Shown piece by piece: positions 11,669-24,954 of a stretch of 64,000 bases of DNA. The notes beneath the pieces are model-generated. The model did not search any database, had not been told where the DNA came from, and worked only from the letters and a program-made list of their open reading frames with translations. Position numbers and translations under genes: made by a program. Where the stretch lies: NCBI RefSeq assembly GCF_036321535.1, contig NC_087437.1, positions 85,376,001 to 85,440,000 on the forward strand, given 5' to 3'. Source of the stretch: Camelus dromedarius. Its lineage: Eukaryota. Numbering within the stretch: position 1 is the first letter of the stretch; each line of letters opens with the position of its first letter.

Positions 11669-13899
11669 ATGATTTCTCTCCTCATAAGAGGCTACCATCA
11701 TGTAATCATGACAGTATCTCATTAGGGAATATCGTGAAGTAGGTGGAGAAAAACATTCATGGCTCCTCACACCACCCATCCCTAAATCAGAGAGAGAAAG
11801 CCAGGTTCTCAAATAAGCAACCATCTCAAGGAAAATGTCAAGGGGGCAGGTGTTTTCTGATGGTAACTACAAACTACAACGAGGAAGGGCAATTGTGAAA
11901 CTTTTATCAAAAATAAAACTAGCAAAAGAAAAAGCTCATAAAATCCATGAAAATATACTGGATGAGAAAAAATGCTTCTCTATAAGAATCCAGATAGTTT
12001 TTGACAATATCTGAACCAGGTTTTTAACAATAGCCAATGGGATATTTTATCTATAAAATGTAGGTAAGAAAAATTAAAGGGAAATTATCTGAGTTTTAGG
12101 TAAAACTATTTGGAGATGAAATGACAACTGTCTATTACAAATTATAATGGAAGCAAGGAACAGAATACTGTAGGTGCAGGAAAAAAATGAGTGTAAAAAT
12201 ACTGAAGAAGTTGAAACATTCTCCTAGAACTAAGGTAAGATAAAGCAAAGAAAAAGACTCAGAAGATCCTATTTACTATAGAATTACATTCAAGAAAGAA
12301 ATGGTAGAACTAATGAATGAAAATAGTAAGAGACTTTATGTGCTAAGAAACATCAACTTTTGAATGTAGGCAAAAATCAATAAAAATAGTTTGGTATCTA
12401 AACATATTCTGTTATTTTTATTTAATTAAACTATGAATTAAAATTTACAAAAGTTTTTAAGCAGAAAAAATATATACAACTTGAAGTATAAATCACCCTG
12501 ACAGTATAATTTTTTACAATATAAAACACTACAATTTAAAAAAATGTGGCCTATAGTAACATAACAATTTAGGTAGTCACAAGTTTGGTAGCTATAGAAA
12601 ATCATCTTTAGAAGGCTGGCAAACACAGACAATTCTTCCTGAATGAAAGTTAAATAATGTGGCACTTCTGTTGGCCTAGAGGTAAAATAAAACAGAAAAA
12701 CCACAAAAAGTAATTCTAGAATTTTGAGGTCATGGGATACAAGAAAGGCAGTGTCTAATGCATTCAGTTTAAACATGATCAACTAACATCACCATCACCA
12801 TCACCACCATCACCCAGAGTATATGAACAAAGTGCCAAATGAGGTGTGGAAGTGAAAATATGCTAAACATTTAACTCATAAAGTTAGATTGAAGATCTCT
12901 CATTTGATTTTATATTTAATGATAAAAATGAAAATAATATTTTAAGAGTTTATTCAAGATAACCACTGGTAGGATAATAGAATGTATACCTTCAAATAAA
13001 AATAATAATAATTCTAGAACATATAAAGAAAAGATGGTAATAAAAAGAGTGGAGTGAAGAGTTGGATGACAACTCAAGCCTAAGAAAAATAACATTCAGT
13101 TTATAGCACACTCATATGGAAAAATATTATATAATTATTAAAGTACTTATGAGTATATTACTATAATATAAAAATATTTGCTTATGCTCATAAATAATTA
13201 AATCAAAAAATTTGTCTACAATGTAATTTTTATTTTATTTAAAAAAGCCATCATAGTTGATAACAATGACAAGAAAAATAATAATACTGACTTATAAAAT
13301 GATATAATCAATTTTCCATATATCACTATGACATAGGAACAATTACATCTGTGATGAAGATTTGATAAATCAACACGAGAGTTTCAGAAATTTGGCAATT
13401 TTTACAAACCTAGAAAGTTTTAGAGTACAATTCTAAATCATGATTGTTTGTCTCTAAATCCTGAGGTTGTATTAAAATATTAGCAATCAAAAGTAACCAC
13501 AATGTTGACAGTGTTCTCTAAATGGGTATTATTGAAAGTTAATATTAAAACATTGAATAAGTATTTACATTTTTTCAGGAAATATATATGACATTAAAAT
13601 TTAAATATGTCATAAATTAAAATAATCTATACTTTAAGTGAATACATACTGTTAATTAAATAGCATTTCATAAAAATATTGTCTCAACAATATCTTATTT
13701 GCTAATTTTTTTTCAGGGATGCTTTATATTAGATTCACCATCAACCCTAGCAGTTAGGAAGGCTGTAAATAAGTGTTGGGTTGCCTCTACTCAAGTGCAA
13801 TTAGAGCAGAAAGTGGTGCCAAGTTGAAAACATTCTTAGTAAACAAAGAGTGGCAGTCAAAATGGCACTAGAAGCTTAATCAAAACGTCTGCCAAACAC

Positions 13900-14089
13900 A
13901 GGCTGAACAATAAGCCACTATGACCTAGGGCAACTCATGGAAACGAGGAATAAAATAAAATCCAGAAATATGTGTCTGCCTCTGAGACTGCACACTCTCA
14001 CGAATGATCAGAGTGATTCGAGGGGAAAAATATAATCTAGTAGCCCTTGGGTGAAAGTGAGGCAAAACAACTCCTTACTGTGATAACAA

Positions 14090-14149
<60 letters not shown>

Positions 14150-17100
14150 TACAGTGTAAAATGAAGTTTGCTAAAAGGCTTTTCTAAGTTTAAGCATAAC
14201 CTTAAACTAGTAAGTGGCATATGCTAATCTGGGGAAACTATTAAATACCTAGGCTGAAAGACCAAAACAAAACAAACAAAAAGTCTCAGAAGGGGCAACA
14301 AAGGCTAAATACTGCAGGGAAAGAGATTTCACATAATCAGTTCAGCCATACTATTAAACAAATAGATAACTGAACATGAAAACAGCATCTCCTCTAGGGG
14401 GTGATGAGTTGAGTGTCCAGAGTACCTATATTATCTAAAACATCCAGTTTTCAACAAAGCATAAAAGACATGCAAAGTAATAGGAAAGTGTGGCTCTTAC
14501 ACAGGGAAGAAAATCAGGTAATAAAATCTGTTTTTGTAGGAGCCCTTTTAGACTTGAGTAAGAAGACTTCAAATCAGCTCTTATAAGTATGTTCAAAGAA
14601 CTAAAGGAGATGACATCTCAAAAATGTAAAGAGCATATGATGACAATGTGGCATAAAATAACATATATCAAAAAAGAGATGGAAATTATTTAAAAGAATT
14701 AAGTGGAAATCTGGAGGTTGAAAACCACAATGAAAAATACAAAAATTCACCGAGAGCTTCAAAGTAAATTTAAGCTATTAGAAAAATAACAAAGCAAAAT
14801 GAAAAACAGCAAACCAAAACAAATCTTAATAAATTTGGAGAGATTGAAATCATACAATGTATGTTCTCTGATGACAATGGTTTCTACATAGACAAACAGA
14901 GATGATGCAATCTGAAGAACAGAGTAAAAGGAGAATGAAGAAAATTAAACAGACCCTCAGAGAAATGTGGGATGCTTTGGTACATCAATGTACAATGAAA
15001 GTATCAGATGGAAAGGAGAAAGAACACAATAATATTCAAAGAAATAACAGCTGAAAACACTCCAAATTTGATTTTTAAAAAGTTAATGTATACATCCAAG
15101 AAGATCAATGAATTCTGACAGGATAAACAAAAACCATCCACCCCCCAAACACATCATAATAAAGAACTATGACAAAGACAAAGAAAAATAATCATATAAA
15201 AGAAATCTGAATAAGATTAACAGTTGACTTTATCAGAAACAATAGGAGATAAAAGGCACCTTAACTATGTATTCTAGAGTCATAAGTAAAAACAAACAAA
15301 CAAACAAAAAAAACTTTAAATCTAGAAAAGCTGTAATTCAAAAATGCAGATAAAAATAAAGACGTTCTAAGATTGGTAAAAGCTGAGATATTTTGTTACC
15401 AGTTCTCTACCATTCAAGAAATACTACACAGAGCTCTTCATGCCAAAATCAAGTGACTAGACAGTAATTTAAATTTATACAAAAAAAGTGTTTAGACAAT
15501 GTTGGTTAAAGTAATGATGTCGGTAATTATAAAATACACTATAATCGCAAATTTCTTCATCTTTCTTTTCTTAACTGACTTAAAATGTAAATATAAAACA
15601 GTATACAAATAATACATATTATTTAATAAAATGTAAATATATAATATATAATGCAAATAACATATAAAACAATGTTTATATAATTGTATTTATGAATTTG
15701 CTTATAATATATAGAAGTGTAATATACAATAAGAGCTTAGAGGTGGTGATTGGGAGCATAGATATATTTGAGTAAGAGAATGAAACAAAATAACTCAAAT
15801 TTATGGGAAGAAATCTACAGAAACCAAAATGGTAAATAAAGATAATAAATTCTATAAGTATGTACTTGTTTTTCTTTCTACTCTTAGTTTATTTGAAATG
15901 CATAAGATGATATAAGTTAATAATTATGATAATCTCTTGTTGAATTTGTAACATATAAAAGAAATATGTATTAAAATAGTAGCACAAATAGGGGGGGATA
16001 GAAAAAATTATAAGACTAAAGCATATTTTTAAAATTGAAGTTTTATATATCTAAAATATATTCAAGAGGTGAAGATGTCTATATAAGCCCTGGTACAACC
16101 AGCAATAATTTTAAAATATACATAAAAGTATTAAAGGAATTAATATGATATGCTAGCAAATATTCATTTAATAAAGAAGGTATTAAAGTTGAACAGGGAT
16201 ACGGTGGAGTAAAACAGACTTGAGGCACATAGAAAACTATAATCAAAATGGCAGATGTTGATTCTATCATATAATGACAATAAAGGTAAATTTATTAAAC
16301 AATTCAAACAAAATCAGAGATTATCAAATTAGATTTTAAAAATACAACTATATGGTGTGTACAGGAGATACACTTCAGATATTTAGATTCAAAGAAATAA
16401 GTTGAAAATAAAATGATGGAAAAGAAATGTTTACCATGCTAACAGCAAACATGAGAGAGCTGGGTGGCTAAAATAAACCAAAATAGGCTTTAAAGCAAAA
16501 AATATTACTAGAAATGAAGAGGGGCATATGATGATAAATTTGTTAACACACATATACAGCTAATAGTAGAGACCAAAAATGCATGAAGCGAAACTGGCAG
16601 AATTTGGGAGACATAGAGAATGCAAAAATAGGAATTTGACAATCCAATTCTCCATTTTCAGTAACAAAGAGAACAATCAGGCAGATCAAACAGAAATGGA
16701 AGACCTGACTAACTCGAGAATTCCAACTAGTCCTAACAGATCTGTATAGAACGTCCCATCCAACAGCATAATTCACTCTTTTAAATGCATATGGAACATT
16801 CTCCAGGACAAACCATAAATTAGGGTATAAAACAGACTTTAATAAATTTGAAGGGATTAAAATCAGACAAAGTATGTTCTCTGATGAAAATGAAATGATA
16901 TTAAAATCAATTCAATTTATTTCAATGGATGGAAATTAGAAAGAAGTTTAGGCACTTCACAAATACATAGAAATTAACACTTTTCTAAATTACTTATGAG
17001 TCAGTAAAGAAATCACAAAGGAAATTAGAGTGGGAAAAAAGACAATATATCAAACTTACGGGATGCAGCTAAACAGTGCTCAAAGTAAAATGTATGGCTT

Positions 17101-20055
17101 CAATGGCTATATTAAAAAAAAAATCTCATCATCCACGTTGGAAAATTTTTAAAAATACAGAGCAAATTAACTCCCAAATATTGAGAATTTTAAAAAATGA
17201 TTAAAGCAGAAATAAGTGAATTTGAGTAAAATATACACTATTGTTAATAGACCAAAATCAACAAAAGCAAAGATTGGCTCTTTAAAAATATAAAAAAAAT
17301 TGACAACCTTCTAGATAGCCAACCCAATAAAAAAGTAGTAAGACTGAAATTATTAAAATCAGGAATGAAAGAGGTGCTATCACTTAATGACCAAAAAAGA
17401 ACTAAAGAGCATATTTTAAAATTAAATAATTTTATTAAATTGACTTCTAATAAAACATAAACTACCAAACTCATTAAAAAAGAAATAAAACATTTGCATA
17501 GAACTATAGGAAGAAAATACTGCTGAATTAGTCATTTTAAACTTCCTACAAAGAAAAGCCCAGGACTGAATTTACTTTACTGGAAAATTCAATCAGCCGT
17601 TTAAAGAATTAACATCAGTCCTTCATTAAACTCTTCCAAAAATAGAAAGTAGATGACTATCTCCCACATCATTTTCTAAGGTCAGTATTACCTAGATGCC
17701 ATAACTAGGCAAATACATCACAAGGACAGAAACTACAAACCAATATTTCTTCTAAATATAAACCCAAAAGCTCAAGAAGTATTAAATTTAATCAGCAACA
17801 CATAAAAGGAATTACTATACTATCAACAAATGTGTTTTGTCTAAGAATTTCAAGCTTGTTTTACATGTGAAAATCAATTAATGTAATAGATCATTTCAAT
17901 AGAATGAAAGATAACCAAATAATAATATCAGTCAATGTAAAATAACATTTGACAAAATCCAACACACTTTATTATAAAAACACATTTAAGGGAATTCCTA
18001 AAACTCATAAAGGACATCTCCAAAAAGTCACAAGCTGACATCATCTTAATGGTAAAAGACTAAATGTTTTCTCTTTAAAATCAGGAAGACAGCAAGGACA
18101 TCTTCTCTTGCCACTTTTAGTTAACATTGTAGTGAAAGTTCTACCCATGACAATTAGACAAGAAAGATAAATAAAAGGCATCCAGATTGCAGATAACAAT
18201 CTTATGTAGAGAAAATCCTAAGGAATCCACACACAAAGAGAAAAACTATTAGAACTAATAAACAAGGTCTAAAAGATTATAAAATATAAGATTAATATTC
18301 AGAAACCTTTTATTTCCATTCACTAGCAATTAACAATCTGAAAATAAAATTTTAAATGCATTTATAAAATTATTAAAATACCAAAACACTTAGGAATAAA
18401 TGTAACATAAAGACTGTAAGACTTGTACACTGAAAATCACATAGCATCATTGAAAGTAAAGAAGAACTAAATAACTGGAAAGACATCCCATGTTAATGGA
18501 TTGGAAGACTTAATGTTAAGAACTGATCTATAAATTCAATACAATAAAAAAATACAACATGCTGACAAAATCACATCTGCTTTTTTTTTTTTTTTCCAGA
18601 AATTGAAACACTGGTCCTAAGATTCAGATGAAAATGGAAGGGATCCAGAAGAGTCAAAATAATCCTAGGAAAAAAAATGTTGGAGGACTTACACATCCAG
18701 ATTTCAAAACTTTCTAGAAAAGTACAAGAACATGACAATGTGGTATTAGCACACGGACAGACACATAAAAATTGGAATAGAATTTAGAGCACAGAAAAAA
18801 AAATCCTAGCATTCATAACTGATTGGCTTCTGATAAGATTGATAAAATAACTCAATGAGGAAAGATACTGCTTTTCAACAAATAGTGATGGGACAACTGA
18901 ATATTCACATGCAAAGGGATCTGTCATGTCCTTAAGTACATTTTACACAGAAATTAACTGTAAATGGAACATAAATCTAAATGAAAGAGCTAAAATTATA
19001 AAACTCTTAGAAGGATACATAATTCTTTATGGTCTTGATTTAGGAAATGGTTCATTAGATGACACCAACAGCCATGTGACCAAAAAAAGTTAAGTTGGAC
19101 TACCTCAAAATTAAAAAAAATTGTGCTGCAGATAATATCATTAAGAAAATAAAAGATAACCCGTAACCATATTTACAAATCATATGACATGACTGGCATC
19201 CAGAATATTTAAAACATAACTCAGTAATAAAAAAGACAAGTTACCCAAAGAGTAAGTGATACAGTATTTGTATAGGTTTTTCCTCAAAGATGATGTACAA
19301 ATGACTAATAAGTATATGATATTATTGCTATATTATTAGTCATTAGGAAAATGCAAATCAAGACAACGAGATACCACTTCACACTCACTAGGAAAACTGC
19401 AATCAAAAATATAAATAACAGATGTTGCTAAGCATGTAGAATAATTCTAACCCTTGTACATCAATGGAGAGAATGTATGATGGTTCTTGCCTCTGGAAAA
19501 CTGTTTTGACAGTTCCTCAAGAAGTTAAACACAGAGCTACCCTATAACCCAGCAATTCCACTCTCAGGTATATCCCTAAGAGAAACAAACCATATGTCCA
19601 CACGGAAACTTGTTCATGAATGTTCATAGCAGCATTACAAACTGAAAATAACTCAAATGCCCATTAACTAAGGAATGGATAAAGTGGAATATTATACCAC
19701 ATTAAAAAAAGAATGAAGTGTTGGTACATGCTACATATGAGAACCTTGAAATCATTATGCTAAAAGAAGGCACTCACAAAAGATGACATGTTCTATGATT
19801 TCATTTATATTAAAAGTCAAGAATAGGCAAATAGGGAAGCATAGAGTGAAATGTATCATTTATGTAGATGCAGGGTGTAGAGAGAGGAGTAACTGCTAAT
19901 GAGTAGATGTTTTCCTAGGAAATGACAAAAATGTTTGAACATATTGTGAGGATTGTTGTACAAGTCTTCTTAGAATCTGATAAAATCACTGAATTCAAAT
20001 TTAAATGGTTGAATTTTATGGTAGGTGAATGCATCTCAATGTAGTTGTTAAAATA
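13900..20055 (+). mobile_element. Old near-full-length L1 (L1MB/MC grade), heavily decayed
   Basis: ORF1-like ~14460-15440, ORF2-like ~16250-19800, 3' end gtaggtgaatgcatctcaatgtagttgttaaaa. Confidence 0.9.
14091..14147. repeat. (CA)n microsatellite, ~28 units
   Basis: Direct observation. Confidence 0.99.
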
Positions 20056-20111
20056 TATATATATATAATTACAATATTGTTATTAAAATGTAATTGTCAC
20101 ATTAAATACAC

Positions 20112-20517
20112 TATCAAATAAGAAAACTAAAACAATTTAGTGATGTATTTGATGGCCTTTATTCAAGGGGAAACAATCCTTGGATTGGGGAATACAGTGC
20201 CTCTTAAACAATTTAGGACCCTTCGAATGGATTTTGGGCAAGAGCAAGTATTACAGAGAGTTAGAAGAGGCAAAATGGGAACAGGCGATGATTGGCTGGA
20301 AGGTCAGGGATTTCCTTCTAAGACTAGCAGGTCCTATTTTCCAGGGTAAGGTGAACTAGCTAATGCTGAGTTGGAGGATTGTGATTGGTGTATATTAGGT
20401 TTCATTGACAGATGTTTCCTGTAAATGCAGGCTGACTTAGGTTGGGATTTGTGAGGTGGGCTAGATCACTTGGGTGGCCTCAATTTTGTGAGTTTCCATA
20501 TGCAATTAATTTTATCA
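20112..20517 (-). mobile_element. ERV1-class solo LTR, MER34/MER39-like
   Basis: Minus strand TGATAAAA...CCAATCA twice...AATAAA...TTTGATA; 4-bp flanks acac/atac. Confidence 0.75.
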
Positions 20518-21122
20518 ATACTAACATACTTTTGAGAAATGCGCCCAACAACACTTGTTAAGTAATGTTTATATGAAGTTAAACTAATTAAAATGACTTA
20601 ATGAGTATTTTATTTTCTCTATTTTTCTCACTATATCAATTTGATTTTGATAGCATTAAATATGTAATGGTGACAAAAAAAACTAAACTAGAAAAAGTAA
20701 CTTAATCTTTGGTTATACTCACTTTTGTTTGAAGTTTGGAATTTAGAAAAATAACTATTACAGTTTATATTTAAAAATTATTTAAGTTATATTATTTGAT
20801 AATGTGTGTAATGTTGATTCAGTACTGGCATAATTCAAAAGTAATATAGTTTTGAACATTTAATACAAAATTTATATAATGAAGAATGTAAAAAAATTAC
20901 TACTTAACCATAAATTGACTTTAAGCTATTAGATCTTTTTTAAAAAGTCAATTATATGACTTAGACATTTCTCTTTTGTTCATTAAAGCTCTACTACACA
21001 GGATAACATTTCAATTAACACTGTGTTTATATTCATTTTAAATTAATAACATGAAATGGGAGTGAACACAGTGCTGAAAGAGGTAACTTCGATGCTCTCC
21101 CACACATTTTTACATTTCATAC

Positions 21123-21267
21123 TTAGACTCATTTATCTGAGTCTGAGAGAATGATCTCTAATGAATTCTGGTGGTATTTGGGTTAATAGACTTTGTTTCA
21201 TTAAACTTGTATGAATTTTATAGGTTTTAAAAATAACTAGGTTGGATTTATTCACACTTATGCTCAA
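21123..21267 (-). pseudogene. 145-nt exon (phase 0 to 1): LSISVNKSNLVIFKTYKIHTSLMKQSLLTQIPPEFIRDHSLRLR*MSL
   Basis: Weak acceptor cattag|, donor |gtatga; 89-nt intron from previous exon; one TAA at 21133-21135. Confidence 0.55.
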
Positions 21268-21356
21268 CTAATGATTTATTTTATTTTATTCATGTATGAC
21301 TATAATAAGACAGTGATTTTAAATTACTCTGAGTTTTCTGACCTTTTTGCTATTAC

Positions 21357-21435
21357 CTCACACATAAGTATTTCCTAGTTGCTCAATGAAACATGGTCAG
21401 GTAAATCACATTTTGACTCAAGACCAGACACCATA
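21357..21435 (-). pseudogene. 79-nt exon (phase 2 to 0): MVSGLESKCDLPDHVSLSN*EILMCE
   Basis: Acceptor cttcctatttag|, donor GAG|gtaata; one TAG at 21375-21377; phases match neighbours. Confidence 0.7.
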
Positions 21436-21811
21436 CTAAATAGGAAGCTGCAGTCTTATCCTTCTGAGTATAATTTCCAATATTGCAAAAAGATAGGGAA
21501 AAAGAAAGAAATGGGAAAAGACAAAGATAAACACAGCAGGAAAAACAGAGACAGACCTCTTCAGAGAAAGAGAGATGCAGAGAGAGGTAGGGAGGAATAA
21601 AGATACAGGTAAATGCAGTGATCACAATTGCAAATGGATTCAAACAGGAATTTACATAGATGCATGGAGGGTCTTATACTGTGGAGGGAGGTGGAAGCAG
21701 ATGATTGCACTTTCGCCAACTAGAAAGTGTATTTTACTGAAACTCTGCTTCAAAGGAGATTTTAAAATAATTGAAATAACCAAAAAATTAGATTTTTAAG
21801 ATAAGATTTAC

Positions 21812-21837
21812 CTATAGATTTCAGTGTAAAATTCTTT
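21812..21837 (-). pseudogene. 26-nt exon (phase 0 to 2): KEFYTEIY(S)
   Basis: Acceptor cacttggtag|, donor TAG|gtaaat; 122-nt upstream intron; phases match on both sides. Confidence 0.6.
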
Positions 21838-21959
21838 CTACCAAGTGGTGTAATGTTTAGTCATTAATGATAAAAATGAAGAGAACCCTTCAACAATAAC
21901 ACTGTTTTACTGACACTCTTCCTATCTTAGCTTCTTTTTCTTTGAGAAAGTAATCTTAC

Positions 21960-22037
21960 CACACGAGAGTTCCTATAATTTTGTCTTACTTGATTCATTT
22001 TATTTTGGCACAACTCGGTCACCACCACTTTTTTTTC
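21960..22037 (-). pseudogene. 78-nt exon (phase 0 to 0): EKKVVVTELCQNKMNQVRQNYRNSRV
   Basis: Acceptor tag|G, strong donor GTG|gtaaga, open frame. Confidence 0.7.
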
Positions 22038-22884
22038 CTACCATATATTATTTAGTGTTACAAATAAAAAAGAGATGGAATGGACACAGCTGCTGTGCAT
22101 GTTTGCCACAGATACACAGAGTTGAATTATATGCCACATCTCCACTGGACTATCTCTGAGTGCGAAGGAGGTACATTTGCTGGAAGCCACAATAAGCACA
22201 TTTCAGAACTGAATATCAATATGGTTATAAGTAATTTTAGTGAGCACATTCATGACTAAGTCACACGTAGGTACAAAAACAGTTTGATTTGAGTCATGTA
22301 ACTGTGAATACTCATTAAAGAAGTCTGGTTACAGTTCATTATCCCTGAAGCAATCTACGTTAAATTTCAGTCAGAGAAAGTGCAGATTTACATTAACTTA
22401 CAGAGAAAATAAATGATTAAAGAAAAGTATCTTGGATTACATTTTTACTTAGATGATCATATAGATTGCTAATTTGAAAGTGAATAATCCATGAACAAAG
22501 ATTAAACTTTATAGAGATTTTGAATGAATTAATAGCTCTAAAAGGTTAATCAAGAAATGAAACAGCCATTTTTAAAATCTTCTGTATGTAATATTGAAGC
22601 CACAAAACACACTTTTCTGGTAAAGGCACATGAACATAGAAAGGAGTGTCCTGAAATGTTTTATTAAAGCTACAGGAATTGAGTGATTGACAGTCAATAG
22701 AAAGATAGCCAAGTTGGATTTGGCTTGACTTTCTTGAAGAGATTAATGCCCTACTCATTCTCCCATGTCAGTTCAGAGATTACTACTCAGTTTCCATAGC
22801 AAAGTAGATATATACAATGTGATCATCTGTTCAGCTTCATATTCTCCATAAATAAAATAACCAAGTGATATGCTCTGACCTAAC

Positions 22885-23002
22885 CTTGTTTTGTTGACCA
22901 TCATCTGTATCAGAAAACTTATAGTTTTCCAGCACTGCTAATCTAATGCTGCACAGTATTTCTGCTGGTGTTAGTAACATAATAGAGACTTGTACTTTGT
23001 CC
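22885..23002 (-). pseudogene. 118-nt exon (phase 2 to 0): DKVQVSIMLLTPAEILCSIRLAVLENYKFSDTDDGQQNK
   Basis: Strong acceptor atctgtctcctccag|G, donor AAG|gttagg; only this frame is open. Confidence 0.8.
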
Positions 23003-24460
23003 CTGGAGGAGACAGATATGAGGTAAGAAGAGACATGATAGAGATCCACCAGAAAGGTAACTCAAAACTAGCAGTTGGGGAAAAGCAGGAGAAGGAGAAT
23101 AATATTAATTTTATATATTGACTGAATTTAAATAATAAAAGAAAAATGAATACATAAAATGCAATAAAATTTATTACTATAAGAAAATGATTAATATTTT
23201 TCAGAAAAGAAAATGAGACAGAAAATATAAATGATTTATCCATCATTACAAAATGATAAGATAATATAAAAGTAATCTAATTCTAGACCATTTGACAATT
23301 TGTTCATTTCAAAAAAAAATCTGTATGGGTCAATTTTCATAATAGCCTTTTATTCTCTTGGGCACATTATATTTTTGCCTTTATTTCTGAGAAAATTTTA
23401 TTTTTCTTCCATTTATTTTCCTGATTTTAATTAATTCTTGTTTTATTTCTTTCATTGTGTAAAACTTATTCTTAGTTTTAGAATTTCTCTCCCATATTTT
23501 ATTTTTAAATATCTTCAGACCTGAGTTAGTAAATACTTACTGCTTTTTAGAGTGTTAGTTTGCTTTTACTTCATTTTTTAAAAATTTCATCATTTAGTTG
23601 GTTTAATTCTCAAAGGATTAACTTAAGAATTTATTTTGTTATAGTCGCTTTGCAATAATGACTAATATTTGTGTCTATTTATAGTGCAGATAAGATGCAA
23701 GAGCATCTCCTTCCATTAGTCTAGTAAAGACAGTTTAACTGGTGGCTTCCTTTGTTTTGTTTTTTTTGTTTTTTTTTTTTTTTTTTTGTAAGAAGGTGAT
23801 TCCTATGTCTTTTGTCCTCTTTTATCTTAAAAGTTCCTCAAGATACCCCTGTTCATTATTTTTCCTCTCACTACCTAGTTGCCAGTTTATCTTTTTTCCC
23901 TTCTTTTCCCCAGTAGTGATGCTTTTTAAAGATTGCCTCAAGTTCCCCAGATTTAGAAATCTGTTCTGAATAATATTTGTTTTGTTCTACCAGAATTTCT
24001 TTCCTATATTTCCACAGTAACAGAGATTTTTGCTTCTTGAAATTCAACCTATGCTGTTTCCCTTTTCTCCCATCCAAGCCATATGGCAAATATTTTCATG
24101 TGCTTTATTCAATATTGTTGTAAATTGATTATTCCTAAAATGCAGAGTTATTTGCTTCAGCATTTCCCCCACATATGTTTTAGTATTTATATTTTGAGAA
24201 ATGCTAAGTTCATTGTTGTTGTTGCTGCTGCTCATTTTAGACCTAATATATTACATTGCTGATTTAGGCTAGCATTTTCTATTGTTATTCTTGTTATAAG
24301 ATTGACATAAATTAGATGTAAAATAATTTATTGTGCAAGCAAGTATTTTCATAATGACTAACTCAGATGGATATATCCCACTGCATTTCAAGGTACACAG
24401 ACTGAAACAAGACTATAGTTTTCACAGTAATAACTAACGAAAATGAAATACAAACTATAC

Positions 24461-24519
24461 CTTGTGTTGTAAAAAGATTACCAGAGCTCACTAGTGCATA
24501 TTGGGTCTTTTTCATTATT
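24461..24519 (-). pseudogene. 59-nt exon (phase 0 to 2): NNEKDPICTSELW*SFYNT(R)
   Basis: Acceptor gactttctag|, donor AAG|gtatag; one TAA at 24478-24480; phases match neighbours. Confidence 0.65.
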
Positions 24520-24884
24520 CTAGAAAGTCACTAAACTTTTGGAAATCAAAAATAAGTACCATAGCATTAGGAAATAAATCATAAAACACAAATGCACCAA
24601 TGTAAATCTCATTTGAGGGGTAAAGGAACTTTAGAAATTACATTCCACTGACTCACAATAAATATTTACACAGGCCAGACTTTTTTCCCTAGTTCATAAA
24701 TGACAAACTAGGAATCCATCTTTATTGGCAGAAATACAACTAACATGGAAATCAGTGAAAAACACATTTTTTTTTCATGCCTTGCCCCAAAATTGTATGT
24801 TTTGTTATCTGGCAAAAGTATTTAATTAAAGATAGGCTGAAAACTCAAAGAGATTAAAAATTATTTTATTTATCAGTGAAATAC

Positions 24885-24954
24885 CTTTAATATTATGCTT
24901 CCATTATCAACATACTGCGGGATATTTATCACAGAGGAAAAATGTGGGGCACTG
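24885..24954 (-). pseudogene. 70-nt exon (phase 2 to 0): SAPHFSSVINIPQYVDNGSIILK
   Basis: Acceptor gagtctttag|cag (NAGNAG), donor AAG|gtattt, open frame. Confidence 0.65.
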
